This document shows, one piece after another, positions 1 through 8,578 of a stretch of 56,644 nt of DNA; within the stretch, counting starts at the first letter, position 1, and each line of letters starts with the position of its first letter. Location: positions 1 through 56,644 of the forward strand of contig JAZNIM010000087.1 of the NCBI GenBank assembly GCA_045577475.1. The letters run 5' to 3'. The stretch is from Eubacteriales bacterium. Lineage in GTDB: Bacteria > Bacillota > Clostridia > Oscillospirales > CAG-382. The position numbers and the translations under genes were made by a program. Under the pieces are notes generated by a model. The model ran no database searches and was not told the DNA's origin. It was given only the letters and a program-made list of their open reading frames with translations.

Positions 1-58
1 TCTTCCGATGAGCGGGCTGTTTTGATACTTTTCCAGAGGGAAAAGTATGACTCGACCT

Positions 59-141
59 CCGCAGAGGTCGAAACTCCTGCGATACATAAAAGTAACTTTC
101 TGTCCGCAGAGGTCAAAACTCCTTCGATACATAAAACTATC
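59..141. repeat. tandem direct repeat, 2 units with 45-bp period (ccgcagaggtcgaaactcctgcgatacataaaagtaac / ccgcagaggtcaaaactccttcgatacataaaactatc)
   Basis: Direct comparison of 59-96 with 104-141 shows only a few mismatches. The first unit carries the gacctc-cgca-gaggtc hairpin. It lies in the 3' region downstream of iorB. Confidence 0.8.
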
Positions 142-146
142 TTACA

Positions 147-185
147 CAAAAACAGAGACTGTATCCAAAGTACGATACAGCCTCT
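147..185 (-). terminator. intrinsic terminator of iorAB
   Basis: On the minus strand the sequence is agaggctgtatc-gtactttg-gatacagtctct, a 12-bp stem with 1 mismatch, followed by gttttt. It sits about 25 nt after the iorB stop. Confidence 0.7.
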
Positions 186-209
186 TTTCTCATATTCTCT
201 ATTCAGCCT

Positions 210-788
210 TTAATCCAAAGCATATCCCTTTTCAAATGCCTGAAGGTTAAGCTCAAGGAACTTTGCGGGAACGCAAGCCTTGATTGCCTTTACATATTCC
301 TCTTTGGCAATATCCGAGTGCTTTGCAAACATACCTATAAGCACAACGTTTGCAGCCTTTGATGTGCCGCATTCTTCAGCAAGAGTCAAAGCATCCGCAC
401 TCATAAGCTTAACACCCTGAGCCTTGATTTTTTCTTCAATATCCGTAGGATACTCGGCAGCACCTATAATAACGGGCATAGGCATAATCTGCTGTGTGCT
501 TGTAACAACAATGCCGTCCTTTTTGAGATAAGGAAGCCAGCGTGCAGCCTCGCAAAGCTCAAAAGAGAGAAGGAAGTCCGCCTCGCCTCTGCAAATAACG
601 GGACTGTCAACTCTTTCGCCGTATTTTACGTATGTAACAACCGAGCCGCCTCTCTGGCTCATGCCGTGAACCTCGGATACCTTTACGTCGTAGCCCTGAG
701 AAAGGAAGGTTGTTCCGAGAATTCTGCTGGCAAGCAGGCTTCCCTGTCCGCCTACGCCGCAAATCATAATATTAACTGTCTTACTCAT
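210..788 (-). CDS. iorB: indolepyruvate:ferredoxin oxidoreductase, beta subunit
   Basis: 192-aa ORF with an N-terminal ICGVGGQG glycine loop typical of the small subunit of 2-oxoacid:ferredoxin oxidoreductases. AAGGAGAGG SD lies 5 nt before the ATG, and the gene starts 12 nt after the iorA stop. Confidence 0.85.
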   Translation of the reverse strand: MSKTVNIMICGVGGQGSLLASRILGTTFLSQGYDVKVSEVHGMSQRGGSVVTYVKYGERVDSPVICRGEADFLLSFELCEAARWLPYLKKDGIVVTSTQQIMPMPVIIGAAEYPTDIEEKIKAQGVKLMSADALTLAEECGTSKAANVVLIGMFAKHSDIAKEEYVKAIKACVPAKFLELNLQAFEKGYALD

Positions 789-800
789 TTTTACCTCTCC

Positions 801-2534
801 TTATCTCTTATGTTCTTCGATTGCGCCGAATGCACACATCTTTGCACAAAGTCCGCAGCCTGTACAAAGCGTGGTGTCAATTACAGCCTTACCGTCCTTG
901 AAGCTTACCGCAGGACAACCTATCTTCATGCATGCCTTGCAGCTGCGGCACTTGTCGGAGTTCACCGTGAAGTATGTATCCTTCTTAACGGACTTCAACA
1001 GTACGCAGGGACGGCGTGTGATGATAACCGAAACTTCTTCTCTGCCAAGAGAATCTTTTATTGCTGCTTCAAGCTCTTTAACCTCGTTGGGGTCAACTAT
1101 CTTAATGTCATTAACACCGAGAGCCTCAACAACCTTTTCAATACACATCTGGTGTGTAGGCTCGTTTTTGAGTGTCATGCCTGTTGCGGGATTCTGCTGG
1201 TGACCTGTCATACCCGTAATACTGTTATCACAGATAATAACGGTGGAATGAGCCTTGTTATAAACCATATTCATAATGCCTGTAAGACCCGAATGGCAGA
1301 AGGTTGAGTCGCCGATTACCGCAACAGACTTCCTGGGGTCAAGTCCGCCTGACTTGTTCATGCCGTGAAGACCTGCAATGGAGGCACCCATACAAAGGGT
1401 TGTGTCAACGGCACAAAGAGGAGCGGCAGAGCCGAGGGTATAACAGCCGATGTCGCCGCTTACGGTAACACCCAGCTTTTTGAGAACAAAGAACAGACCT
1501 CTGTGAGGACATCCGGGACAAAGCACGGGAGGACGTCCCGGGATTTCATCCTCAAGCTTTGCAAATTCAGGCTCTTTTCCGAGTAAGCACTTTGCAATAA
1601 TTTCCTGTGAGAACTCGCCTAATATGGGAAGCTTGTTCTTGCCGTCACATTCAATGCCCATTGCCTTAACCTGCTGTTCAATAACAGGGTCAAGCTCTTC
1701 AACAACGATTACCTTGTCAACCTTTGAAGCAAATTCGCGTATGAGCTTTTCAGGAAGCGGATTTACAAGTCCGAGTTTTAAGTAGGATGCTGTTTCACCG
1801 AACACTTCTCTTGAGTAAACGTATGTAGAGCCTGCACAGATGATACCGATTTTTGTATCGTTATATTCTGCTCTATTGAAAGCACAGGTGTTTGCCCACT
1901 CTGCAATTGCTTTGAGTCTTTCTTCAACAACAACGTGGCGTTTAATTGCGTTTGCGGGAGCCATTACGTGCTTTGCGATATTCTTTTCGTAAGGCTTGAT
2001 AACGCTTTCTTTGCGTTCGTGGGGCTCTACGGCACTCTGGGAATGAGCAACCCTTGTACTGGTTCTGATGATAAAGGGTGTGTCAAACTTTTCGGAAAGC
2101 TCAAAGGCTTCTCTTGTGAACACAAGGCAGTCGTTTGAATCGGAGGGCTCAAGCATGGGAAGCTTTGCAGCAACCGCATAATGTCTTGAATCCTGTTCGT
2201 TCTGGGAGGAGTGCATGCCGGGGTCGTCTGCAACCGCAATAACCATACCGCCCTCTGTTCCCACATATGAGCAGATAAACAGCGGGTCGCCTGCAACGTT
2301 AAGACCAACATGCTTCATTGCACAGAAGGAACGTGCTCCGGAAATGGATGCACCCAGTGCTCCCTCCATTGCAACCTTTTCGTTAGGTGCCCATTCTGCG
2401 TAAAGCTCGTCATACTCTGCGGCACATTCGGTAATCTCCGTTGAAGGAGTTCCGGGGTAGCTTGAAATAAATTTACAGTCTGCCTCATACAGACCTCTGG
2501 CAACAGCCTCGTTGCCAAGCATAATTTTCTTCAT
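801..2534 (-). CDS. iorA: indolepyruvate:ferredoxin oxidoreductase, alpha subunit (TPP-binding, two C-terminal 4Fe-4S motifs)
   Basis: About 577 aa. The C-terminus carries CRSCKACMKIGCP and CTGCGLCAKMC ferredoxin-type clusters, and there is a GDSTF TPP-type motif. I prefer the ATG at 2534 (MKKIML...) because the AAAGGA SD abuts the ATG at 2543. Confidence 0.9.
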   Translation of the reverse strand: MKKIMLGNEAVARGLYEADCKFISSYPGTPSTEITECAAEYDELYAEWAPNEKVAMEGALGASISGARSFCAMKHVGLNVAGDPLFICSYVGTEGGMVIAVADDPGMHSSQNEQDSRHYAVAAKLPMLEPSDSNDCLVFTREAFELSEKFDTPFIIRTSTRVAHSQSAVEPHERKESVIKPYEKNIAKHVMAPANAIKRHVVVEERLKAIAEWANTCAFNRAEYNDTKIGIICAGSTYVYSREVFGETASYLKLGLVNPLPEKLIREFASKVDKVIVVEELDPVIEQQVKAMGIECDGKNKLPILGEFSQEIIAKCLLGKEPEFAKLEDEIPGRPPVLCPGCPHRGLFFVLKKLGVTVSGDIGCYTLGSAAPLCAVDTTLCMGASIAGLHGMNKSGGLDPRKSVAVIGDSTFCHSGLTGIMNMVYNKAHSTVIICDNSITGMTGHQQNPATGMTLKNEPTHQMCIEKVVEALGVNDIKIVDPNEVKELEAAIKDSLGREEVSVIITRRPCVLLKSVKKDTYFTVNSDKCRSCKACMKIGCPAVSFKDGKAVIDTTLCTGCGLCAKMCAFGAIEEHKR

Positions 2535-2564
2535 AGTCTTCATCCTTTATGTTTTGTAATAATA

Positions 2565-3365
2565 TTAATCCTTTGGAAGATTAAACACTCCATCCTTCAC
2601 GGCAGCGGAAAAATGTGCTTTTATAAGTCTTACCTTTCTTTTGCCGATAAGAGTTTCGTATTGTGTTATATATCCCTTTTCGATAAGCTTTTCCATGGCT
2701 TGTCTTACGGTGTCCTCGGGTATGTTGTTCTTCTGCGAAACCGCAGAAACGGTTTTGGAAAAAGTGGGACGTGAGTTTTTATGCTCCTTTTCCAAGCCGT
2801 AAAGGTTGAGCAAAATAAGAGAATAGCATTTCTTCAGCGGATCTTCTTTTTCTCCGATTTCAACAAATCTGCTTGCTGCCTGCTTGAGCTGTCCCGAAAA
2901 AGCGTTTTTAATTCCGTAAAGGACAACCTCCTTACCGCAGGAGTTCTTTAAAAACAGCACCACCGACGAAAAATGTCCGTCGCCTGTAAATATTACGTAG
3001 GTATCAATGTCTTTATCAAGGCATGCGCTTCTGTAAATGTGGTCAAGCATTATAAAATCAGTAAAATCTTTTTTAAAATAACCGCCGCCGTTGTTTGTTT
3101 CAACTATTTTATTGGTAAATCCCCGTATTCTGTGCATCTCTGCATTGAGTGACGGGTTTGAAAAATCACCGAAAAACGTCATTTCGGCTATGCTGTAATG
3201 CTGTTCAAGCTCCAGGGTAAAGCCCTTTATGTCGGGTCTTGTATTAAAATTCTTGTCAAGTGCTATATACCAGTGCTCAAAATCTATAAATACCGCCGCT
3301 TTTCTCTTTCCCTTGCTCTTTTTCAAAAATGAGAAAAATGACAAAAAATTCTTTCCTCCTTTCAT
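2565..3365 (-). CDS. NYN/LabA-like (PIN-like) domain protein with C-terminal winged-helix-like tail
   Basis: The AAVFIDFEHWY and VIFTGDGHFSSVV motifs resemble NYN/LabA acidic-residue motifs. The C-terminal approximately 60 aa (EDTVRQAMEKLIEKGYITQYE) look like a wHTH. The ORF opens at TTG 3368 with the first ATG at 3365. Confidence 0.55.
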   Translation of the reverse strand: MKGGKNFLSFFSFLKKSKGKRKAAVFIDFEHWYIALDKNFNTRPDIKGFTLELEQHYSIAEMTFFGDFSNPSLNAEMHRIRGFTNKIVETNNGGGYFKKDFTDFIMLDHIYRSACLDKDIDTYVIFTGDGHFSSVVLFLKNSCGKEVVLYGIKNAFSGQLKQAASRFVEIGEKEDPLKKCYSLILLNLYGLEKEHKNSRPTFSKTVSAVSQKNNIPEDTVRQAMEKLIEKGYITQYETLIGKRKVRLIKAHFSAAVKDGVFNLPKD

Positions 3366-3407
3366 CAAAAATACTGTCCTTTTACAATTAATACGTAATA
3401 TTTGATT

Positions 3408-3436
3408 ATTATATCACACTTTACCGCATTTTTCAA
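3408..3436 (-). promoter_or_regulatory. sigma-A type promoter for the NYN gene (and probably iorAB)
   Basis: The minus strand reads TTGAAA-17 nt-TATAAT, about 40 nt upstream of the start codon. Confidence 0.6.
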
Positions 3437-3503
3437 CACTTTTTTCAAATATTTTATTCCGCAGCCAACAACAACTTCGTATGTAAACATTCTTTTACCA
3501 CGA

Positions 3504-3532
3504 TTGACAAAACCGTTGTTATATTGTATAAT
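3504..3532 (+). promoter_or_regulatory. sigma-A consensus promoter for the secreted GLUG-repeat protein
   Basis: TTGACA (3504-3509), a 17-nt spacer, then TATAAT (3527-3532). Confidence 0.7.
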
Positions 3533-3561
3533 TATTGTGTATCAATTTACAAAGGAGGAGT

Positions 3562-3591
3562 ATGCACTTTTACGCATACGCACCCATATGA
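3562..3591 (+). other. 9-codon upstream mini-ORF (MHFYAYAPI) whose TGA overlaps the ATG of the downstream gene
   Basis: AAAGGAGGAG at 3551-3560 is the only SD in the leader and precedes the ATG at 3562. The mini-ORF stop (3589-3591) and the main ATG (3588-3590) form ATGA. Confidence 0.35.
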
Positions 3592-6500
3592 AGAATTTAT
3601 TCAGTATTCTTTTAGCAGCTTCCATTCTGACAAGTGCCGTATTCTCTGCTCCCACAATGATGCCCAGCTTTGACAGCATTGCGGAATCAGATGTTGAAGC
3701 GTCCCGGGACAGCGTGGAAAGCACCGTCAACACAGAGGCTTCCAAGCCCTCCCTTGCACCCGTTATAGACGGCATTGCAGAGGAGGACAGCCATGAAAAG
3801 CCGTCAAACCATTCTGACGACGATGCTTTTCTGATGTTTGATATTTTCGAGGGCGGTGACGGCAGCGAAGAAGCACCCTATGAAATAGCAACAGTAACAC
3901 AACTGGAGTATTTTTCCAAGATGATAAACAGCGGTGATGCTGATTACATCGCCTGTCATTACAAGTTGGTTGCCGACATTGACCTTGGCGGTACAACCTG
4001 GACCCCCATAGGCTTTTATACAAAGGATTTGGAATTTTCCTGTGCATTTCAGGGAAGCTTTGACGGTGACGGTCATACTATCTCAAACTTTACCGTTTCG
4101 GACAGTGAAACAAGATACATGGGTTTCTTCGGTCAGACCTACAATGCCCAAATCAAAAACCTTACTCTTGACAATGTAACCATCAACGCCGACAGAACAG
4201 CCTCTGAGGACGCTGCTGCATACGCAGGCGTGCTTGCGGGACGTATTGTTTCTGAAGGTATCGGCGGAAAAAGCACAATTGAAAACTGTCATGTAACAAA
4301 TTCCTCCGTAAGTCTTGCCTGCAACACGGACACCTTTGCGGGCGGTTTTATCGGTTTTTCCCTTGCGGGTGCATATTCGGAAATTAACATATTCAACGTA
4401 AGTTCCACCTCTGATGTAAACGTTGTAAACAAGGCAACTGAAGACAAGGTATCGGATACTTCCTATTACTCAGCAGAAGGTGCAGGTCTTATTGCTTACT
4501 TCGGTGCTCTCACCAACGGCACTATGTCCTTGAGAAACGCACACAGCAGCGGCAATGTCACCGTTGACTGTTCTTCCTCAGCCCATGTTAACGCATTCGG
4601 CGGCGGTCTTATCGCTCAGACTGCAACAAGAATCGCAAAACAAGTGGGCGGTGTTGCTTACATCTCATCCTGCCACGCCTCGGGAAATGTAAAGGTTGAC
4701 GGACAGCTCAGCGTTTTTGCAGGCGGCTTTGCAGGAAATGCAGGCGCAACCAAAAACATGTTTATATCCGACTGCTATGCTTCGGGTGATGTTTCTTCCT
4801 CAAGTAAATTCAAGTACTGTGCACCCGGCGGCTTTGTGGGTCAGATAGATTTTGACAGCTACTCGGATTCAATGGGCAAGCCATTTTCTTCAAACTACGC
4901 CTCAGGCGATGCGGTAGACACCCTTCTTGCATCGGGAAAGAGCCTTGAATCCTACGCAGGCGGCTTTGTAGGTTACAGCTTTGCTCCCATTTTCAAGGAC
5001 TGCTATATTCTTGAAAGCCAGTTTGTTTCAGGTAAGGAAATTTTTGAAAACACAGACGAAGCCAAAGGTCTTGTGATAATAAGCAACGAAGCCTCCTTAA
5101 CTCCGGAAGGATATCCCGCCTTTGATTTTGATAACGTATGGCAGATGGATGCTGCGGCTGATTATCCTTACCCCACACTCAGACCAATACTGGGCGTTGT
5201 AGTTTTCTACAGCGAAGGAAAATACTTTGACGAAACCTATTTCGGCGAAGACGGAAAAGCATACGCACCTGAGCTTGAACCCGAAAAGGAAGATACCGTG
5301 GAGTTGGATTATTTCTTCTCCCACTGGTCACTTACAGAAGACGGCGAAGCCTTTGACCTTGAAAACACACTTATTACTCAGAACACCGTTCTTTATGCCG
5401 TATTCGGCTCGGAAAAGCAAAAATATGATATAAGCTTTATTTCCAACGGAAAGAATTTTGTTGACACAGAAAAAATCGAATACGGAAGCACCGTTACTGT
5501 TCCCGCTTCCAATCCAAAGAAACCCGAAACCCAAAGATACCGCTATGAATTTGATTACTGGTCACTTTCCGAAAACGGCTCGGAGGTTGACTTTGATACA
5601 TTTACCGTAACAGGCAATACAACCTTCCATGCAGTATTTACGGAAATAGATAAAACCGCCTGGAACGGTGCAGTTGCAGACTCCTTTAAGGAAGGTCTCG
5701 GTTCGGCATCAATGCCCTACATTATTTCCTCAGCCGAAGAATTTGCACTTATGGCTGAGCTTGTGAACCAAGGAAATTCAGCATACATCGGTTCATACTT
5801 TGCTTTAGGTGCAGACATTAATCTGGGTTACAACAACTGGACACCTGTGGGAACCGAAGAATATCCCTTCAATGCTCATTTTGACGGCAACGGCTATTCC
5901 GTCAACCGCTTCAAGATAAGAACAGGAAAATATATGGGTCTTTTCGGTTATGTTAAAAACGCAACTATTGAAAACCTTTATCTTTCCGATTTTGAAATTG
6001 ATTCAGACGGCTATACAAGCAGCGAAAAAATGTATGTGGGCGGCCTTGCAGGATACGTCGACAGCTACAGAAGCACTACAGTAATTGACAGCGTTTACGT
6101 AAGTGCCTCCCGGTTTGAAGTCAACGCAGAGGTAAACGCACTGTATGTCGGCAACATTGCGGGCTACGTTAACTCCAAAGAAGCAGGACGCTCATTAATC
6201 TCCAACAGCTACGCTACAAGTGATATTACCGCATCCAACAATTCCTCTGTCGGAACAACCTATGCAGGCGGTATTGCAGGTTATATGTATACATATGCAA
6301 GCACCCTTTCAAAGGCTTCCACCTGCTATTATGTGGGTTCAATTGCAAGCTACGGCACAATTAAGAGCTGTGCAGGCGGTCTTACAGGTGCAATTTACTC
6401 TTACGGAAGTGCATATTCTCCCAGCGTACCCACAGATGGCTCGCTTTCAAATGAAGCATCAGACTTTGATATTATGCTTGAAAACTGCTTTGCTGCCGCT

Positions 6501-7061
6501 TCCGTAAGTGCTACTGCAAAAACAGAATCCAAATCTGCGGCATACGCAAGTGCGGTTTCAGGTGAAATTTCACAGTATGCAGGCATTAACAAAGTGTTCT
6601 ATCAGAGAGGTCTTGCCGTAATTTCTTCGGGAACAGTCAACTATCACGGCACCTCCGCTTCGGCTGCAACCCTTGAAACCAAGAACTTTATCAGCTCAAA
6701 CGTCGGCTTTGATTTTGTTAACACATGGACATATGTGGGCAGCGGAAAGTATCCCGTGCTTAAAACCATGTATTCTGACAAGCCTCTGCTTCGTTTAAAC
6801 AACGTTGAATACGAGGACGGAACACTCAATGCAAGCGTAACCGCTTACGCAAGATCCTCCAATTATACCGTTATCGTGGCAGTATACGACGAAAGAAACA
6901 GACTGGTTGCTTCCAAGAGAACAAAACTTACCGCATCCGAAGAAGCAAATGAATTTGACGTTTCCTTCGACAATCTGAGATCAGCCTACCGTGTTAAGAT
7001 TTCAGCAATTGATTCACTGTCATTTGCTCCTTTGTTCTCACCCAAGGAATGGTATCTCTAA
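3588..7061 (+). CDS. large secreted protein with two GLUG-motif modules separated by Listeria-Bacteroides (InlB B-repeat-like) repeats
   Basis: A signal peptide MKNLFSILLAASILTSAVFSAP begins at 3588. There is an internal duplication (PYEIATVTQLEYFSKMI...FDGDGHTISNF versus PYIISSAEEFALMAEL...FDGNGYSVNRF). GG[FLI][AIVT]G motifs recur many times. Two HWSLTEDGEAF/YWSLSENGSEV...VLYAVF/TFHAVF repeats are present. No LPXTG, SLH or dockerin is visible. Confidence 0.7.
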   Translation: MKNLFSILLAASILTSAVFSAPTMMPSFDSIAESDVEASRDSVESTVNTEASKPSLAPVIDGIAEEDSHEKPSNHSDDDAFLMFDIFEGGDGSEEAPYEIATVTQLEYFSKMINSGDADYIACHYKLVADIDLGGTTWTPIGFYTKDLEFSCAFQGSFDGDGHTISNFTVSDSETRYMGFFGQTYNAQIKNLTLDNVTINADRTASEDAAAYAGVLAGRIVSEGIGGKSTIENCHVTNSSVSLACNTDTFAGGFIGFSLAGAYSEINIFNVSSTSDVNVVNKATEDKVSDTSYYSAEGAGLIAYFGALTNGTMSLRNAHSSGNVTVDCSSSAHVNAFGGGLIAQTATRIAKQVGGVAYISSCHASGNVKVDGQLSVFAGGFAGNAGATKNMFISDCYASGDVSSSSKFKYCAPGGFVGQIDFDSYSDSMGKPFSSNYASGDAVDTLLASGKSLESYAGGFVGYSFAPIFKDCYILESQFVSGKEIFENTDEAKGLVIISNEASLTPEGYPAFDFDNVWQMDAAADYPYPTLRPILGVVVFYSEGKYFDETYFGEDGKAYAPELEPEKEDTVELDYFFSHWSLTEDGEAFDLENTLITQNTVLYAVFGSEKQKYDISFISNGKNFVDTEKIEYGSTVTVPASNPKKPETQRYRYEFDYWSLSENGSEVDFDTFTVTGNTTFHAVFTEIDKTAWNGAVADSFKEGLGSASMPYIISSAEEFALMAELVNQGNSAYIGSYFALGADINLGYNNWTPVGTEEYPFNAHFDGNGYSVNRFKIRTGKYMGLFGYVKNATIENLYLSDFEIDSDGYTSSEKMYVGGLAGYVDSYRSTTVIDSVYVSASRFEVNAEVNALYVGNIAGYVNSKEAGRSLISNSYATSDITASNNSSVGTTYAGGIAGYMYTYASTLSKASTCYYVGSIASYGTIKSCAGGLTGAIYSYGSAYSPSVPTDGSLSNEASDFDIMLENCFAAASVSATAKTESKSAAYASAVSGEISQYAGINKVFYQRGLAVISSGTVNYHGTSASAATLETKNFISSNVGFDFVNTWTYVGSGKYPVLKTMYSDKPLLRLNNVEYEDGTLNASVTAYARSSNYTVIVAVYDERNRLVASKRTKLTASEEANEFDVSFDNLRSAYRVKISAIDSLSFAPLFSPKEWYL

Positions 7062-7083
7062 TCCGCAAACCAATACTTATTCA

Positions 7084-7116
7084 GGCTGTCCGCTTTTAAA
7101 ACGGACAGCCTTTTTT
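7084..7116 (+). terminator. intrinsic terminator
   Basis: ggctgtccg-loop-cggacagcc stem followed by tttttt, 23 nt after the stop. Confidence 0.85.
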
Positions 7117-7199
7117 CGACTCACGGATGTTTGTGCAAATTTACATAAATATCGCTAAAAACGCATATTGGAAGACATTAAATTTGTGCAAAATACCTC

Positions 7200-7228
7200 T
7201 TGTAAAAAAGCGTAATATATTGTATAAT
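7200..7228 (+). promoter_or_regulatory. sigma-A promoter of the liv operon
   Basis: TTGTAA-17 nt-TATAAT. Confidence 0.6.
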
Positions 7229-7239
7229 GTTATGAGCTA

Positions 7240-7276
7240 AAAGGGTTCACGACAATATAATACCGTGAACCTTTTT
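7240..7276 (+). promoter_or_regulatory. 5'-leader stem-loop with U-run (attenuator or 5' stabiliser) ahead of livJ
   Basis: aaagggttcacg-12 nt loop-cgtgaacctttt followed by t-run. It begins about 5-10 nt after the predicted transcription start and ends 35 nt before the ATG. Confidence 0.4.
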
Positions 7277-7310
7277 GTTTAATCAAATCTTTTTTAAAGG
7301 AGTAAGAACA

Positions 7311-8441
7311 ATGAAAAAGCTTCTCACAGTTGTTCTCGCAATCATGATGGTTGCACTTTGCCTCGTTTCTTGCGGCGGCGAATCCGCATCAGCAGGCTAC
7401 ACATCCAAAAACACAGAATACTTCATCGGCGGTACAGGTCCTCTCACAGGCAGTGCTTCAAGCTACGGCATTTCCGTTCAGAACGGTGCTATGCTTGCTA
7501 TTGAAGAAATCAACGCAAACGGCGGTCTTAACGGTGTTAACTTCAAGTTCGACATCAAGGACGACCAGGCTGCAGCTGATAAGGCTTCCACAGCTTACGA
7601 CCAGCTCTTTGAAGCAGGTATGCAGATTTCCTTCGGTTCCGTAACAAGCGGTTCTTGCGAAGCATTTGCTGCAAAGGCTGCTGCTGACAACCTCTTCTTC
7701 ATGACACCTTCAGCTTCCGCTGACATCTGTATTGCAGAAGACAACGCTTTCCGTGTATGCTTCGGCGACCCCGACCAGGGTATCCTTGCTGCACAGCAGC
7801 TCACAGCAGAGTTTGAAAACATCGGTGCTATCTACGATACAAGCGATACATACTCCGCAGGTATCTACGATGCATTCAAGGCTGAAATGGCAGAGCTTGG
7901 CGTTGAGTTCAAGACTCAGACCTTCGACGCTGAAAACAAGAAGGACTTCTCCACACAGGTTGAAGCTCTCAAGGATTGCGACGTTATCTTCCTTCCCTTC
8001 TACTACACAGAAGCAGGTCTTGTTGCTAAGGCTGCAGTAGCTAAGGGCTGTGAAGCAGTTCTCTTCGGCTGCGACGGTCTTGACGGTATCGCAGGTCAGG
8101 TTGATGAAACTGTTACAAACACAATCAAGTACATCACGCCCTTCGACGTTAACAGCGACAACGAAAAGGTTGCTTCATTCGTAGCTTCCTACACAGAAAA
8201 GTACGGCACAGCTCCCGACCAGTTCGCAGCTGACGGCTACGATGTTATTATGGCTATCTTCCAGGCAATGACTGAAGCAGGCGTTAACGATGTTACAATC
8301 GCTCCCGATGCTCTTTGCGAAATCGTTAAGGAAACAATCACATCCGAAGGTTTCGTTTACGAAGGCGTAACAGGCGAAATGACTTGGGATAAGTCTGGTG
8401 CAGCTACAAAGGCACCTATCATCGTTGAACTCGGCAAATAA
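7311..8441 (+). CDS. livJ: branched-chain amino acid ABC transporter substrate-binding lipoprotein
   Basis: Lipoprotein signal MKKLLTVVLAIMMVALCLVSCGG (lipobox LVSC). The sequence pattern is that of the periplasmic-binding-protein type I LivJ/K family. AAAGGAG SD is present, and it is the first gene of a five-gene liv operon. Confidence 0.9.
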   Translation: MKKLLTVVLAIMMVALCLVSCGGESASAGYTSKNTEYFIGGTGPLTGSASSYGISVQNGAMLAIEEINANGGLNGVNFKFDIKDDQAAADKASTAYDQLFEAGMQISFGSVTSGSCEAFAAKAAADNLFFMTPSASADICIAEDNAFRVCFGDPDQGILAAQQLTAEFENIGAIYDTSDTYSAGIYDAFKAEMAELGVEFKTQTFDAENKKDFSTQVEALKDCDVIFLPFYYTEAGLVAKAAVAKGCEAVLFGCDGLDGIAGQVDETVTNTIKYITPFDVNSDNEKVASFVASYTEKYGTAPDQFAADGYDVIMAIFQAMTEAGVNDVTIAPDALCEIVKETITSEGFVYEGVTGEMTWDKSGAATKAPIIVELGK

Positions 8442-8578
8442 TTCAGTTTTTACTTGAACGCTTTGGTTGGGCATGATGTTTTCGTGTCCAACCAAACTTT
8501 GCATTTTAAACATTGGGCTTTTTGCCCCAAAAATCGTTTTTCCCGCCCCAAAAGGTGGTAAAGTTAGGAGCAGCATTT

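Noticed and set aside
3402-3587. N-terminal extension of the 1219-aa ORF in the track.
   Set aside because: The consensus promoter (3504-3532) lies inside the extension. The signal peptide starts at the ATG at 3588, and there is no start codon between the promoter and 3588 in that frame.
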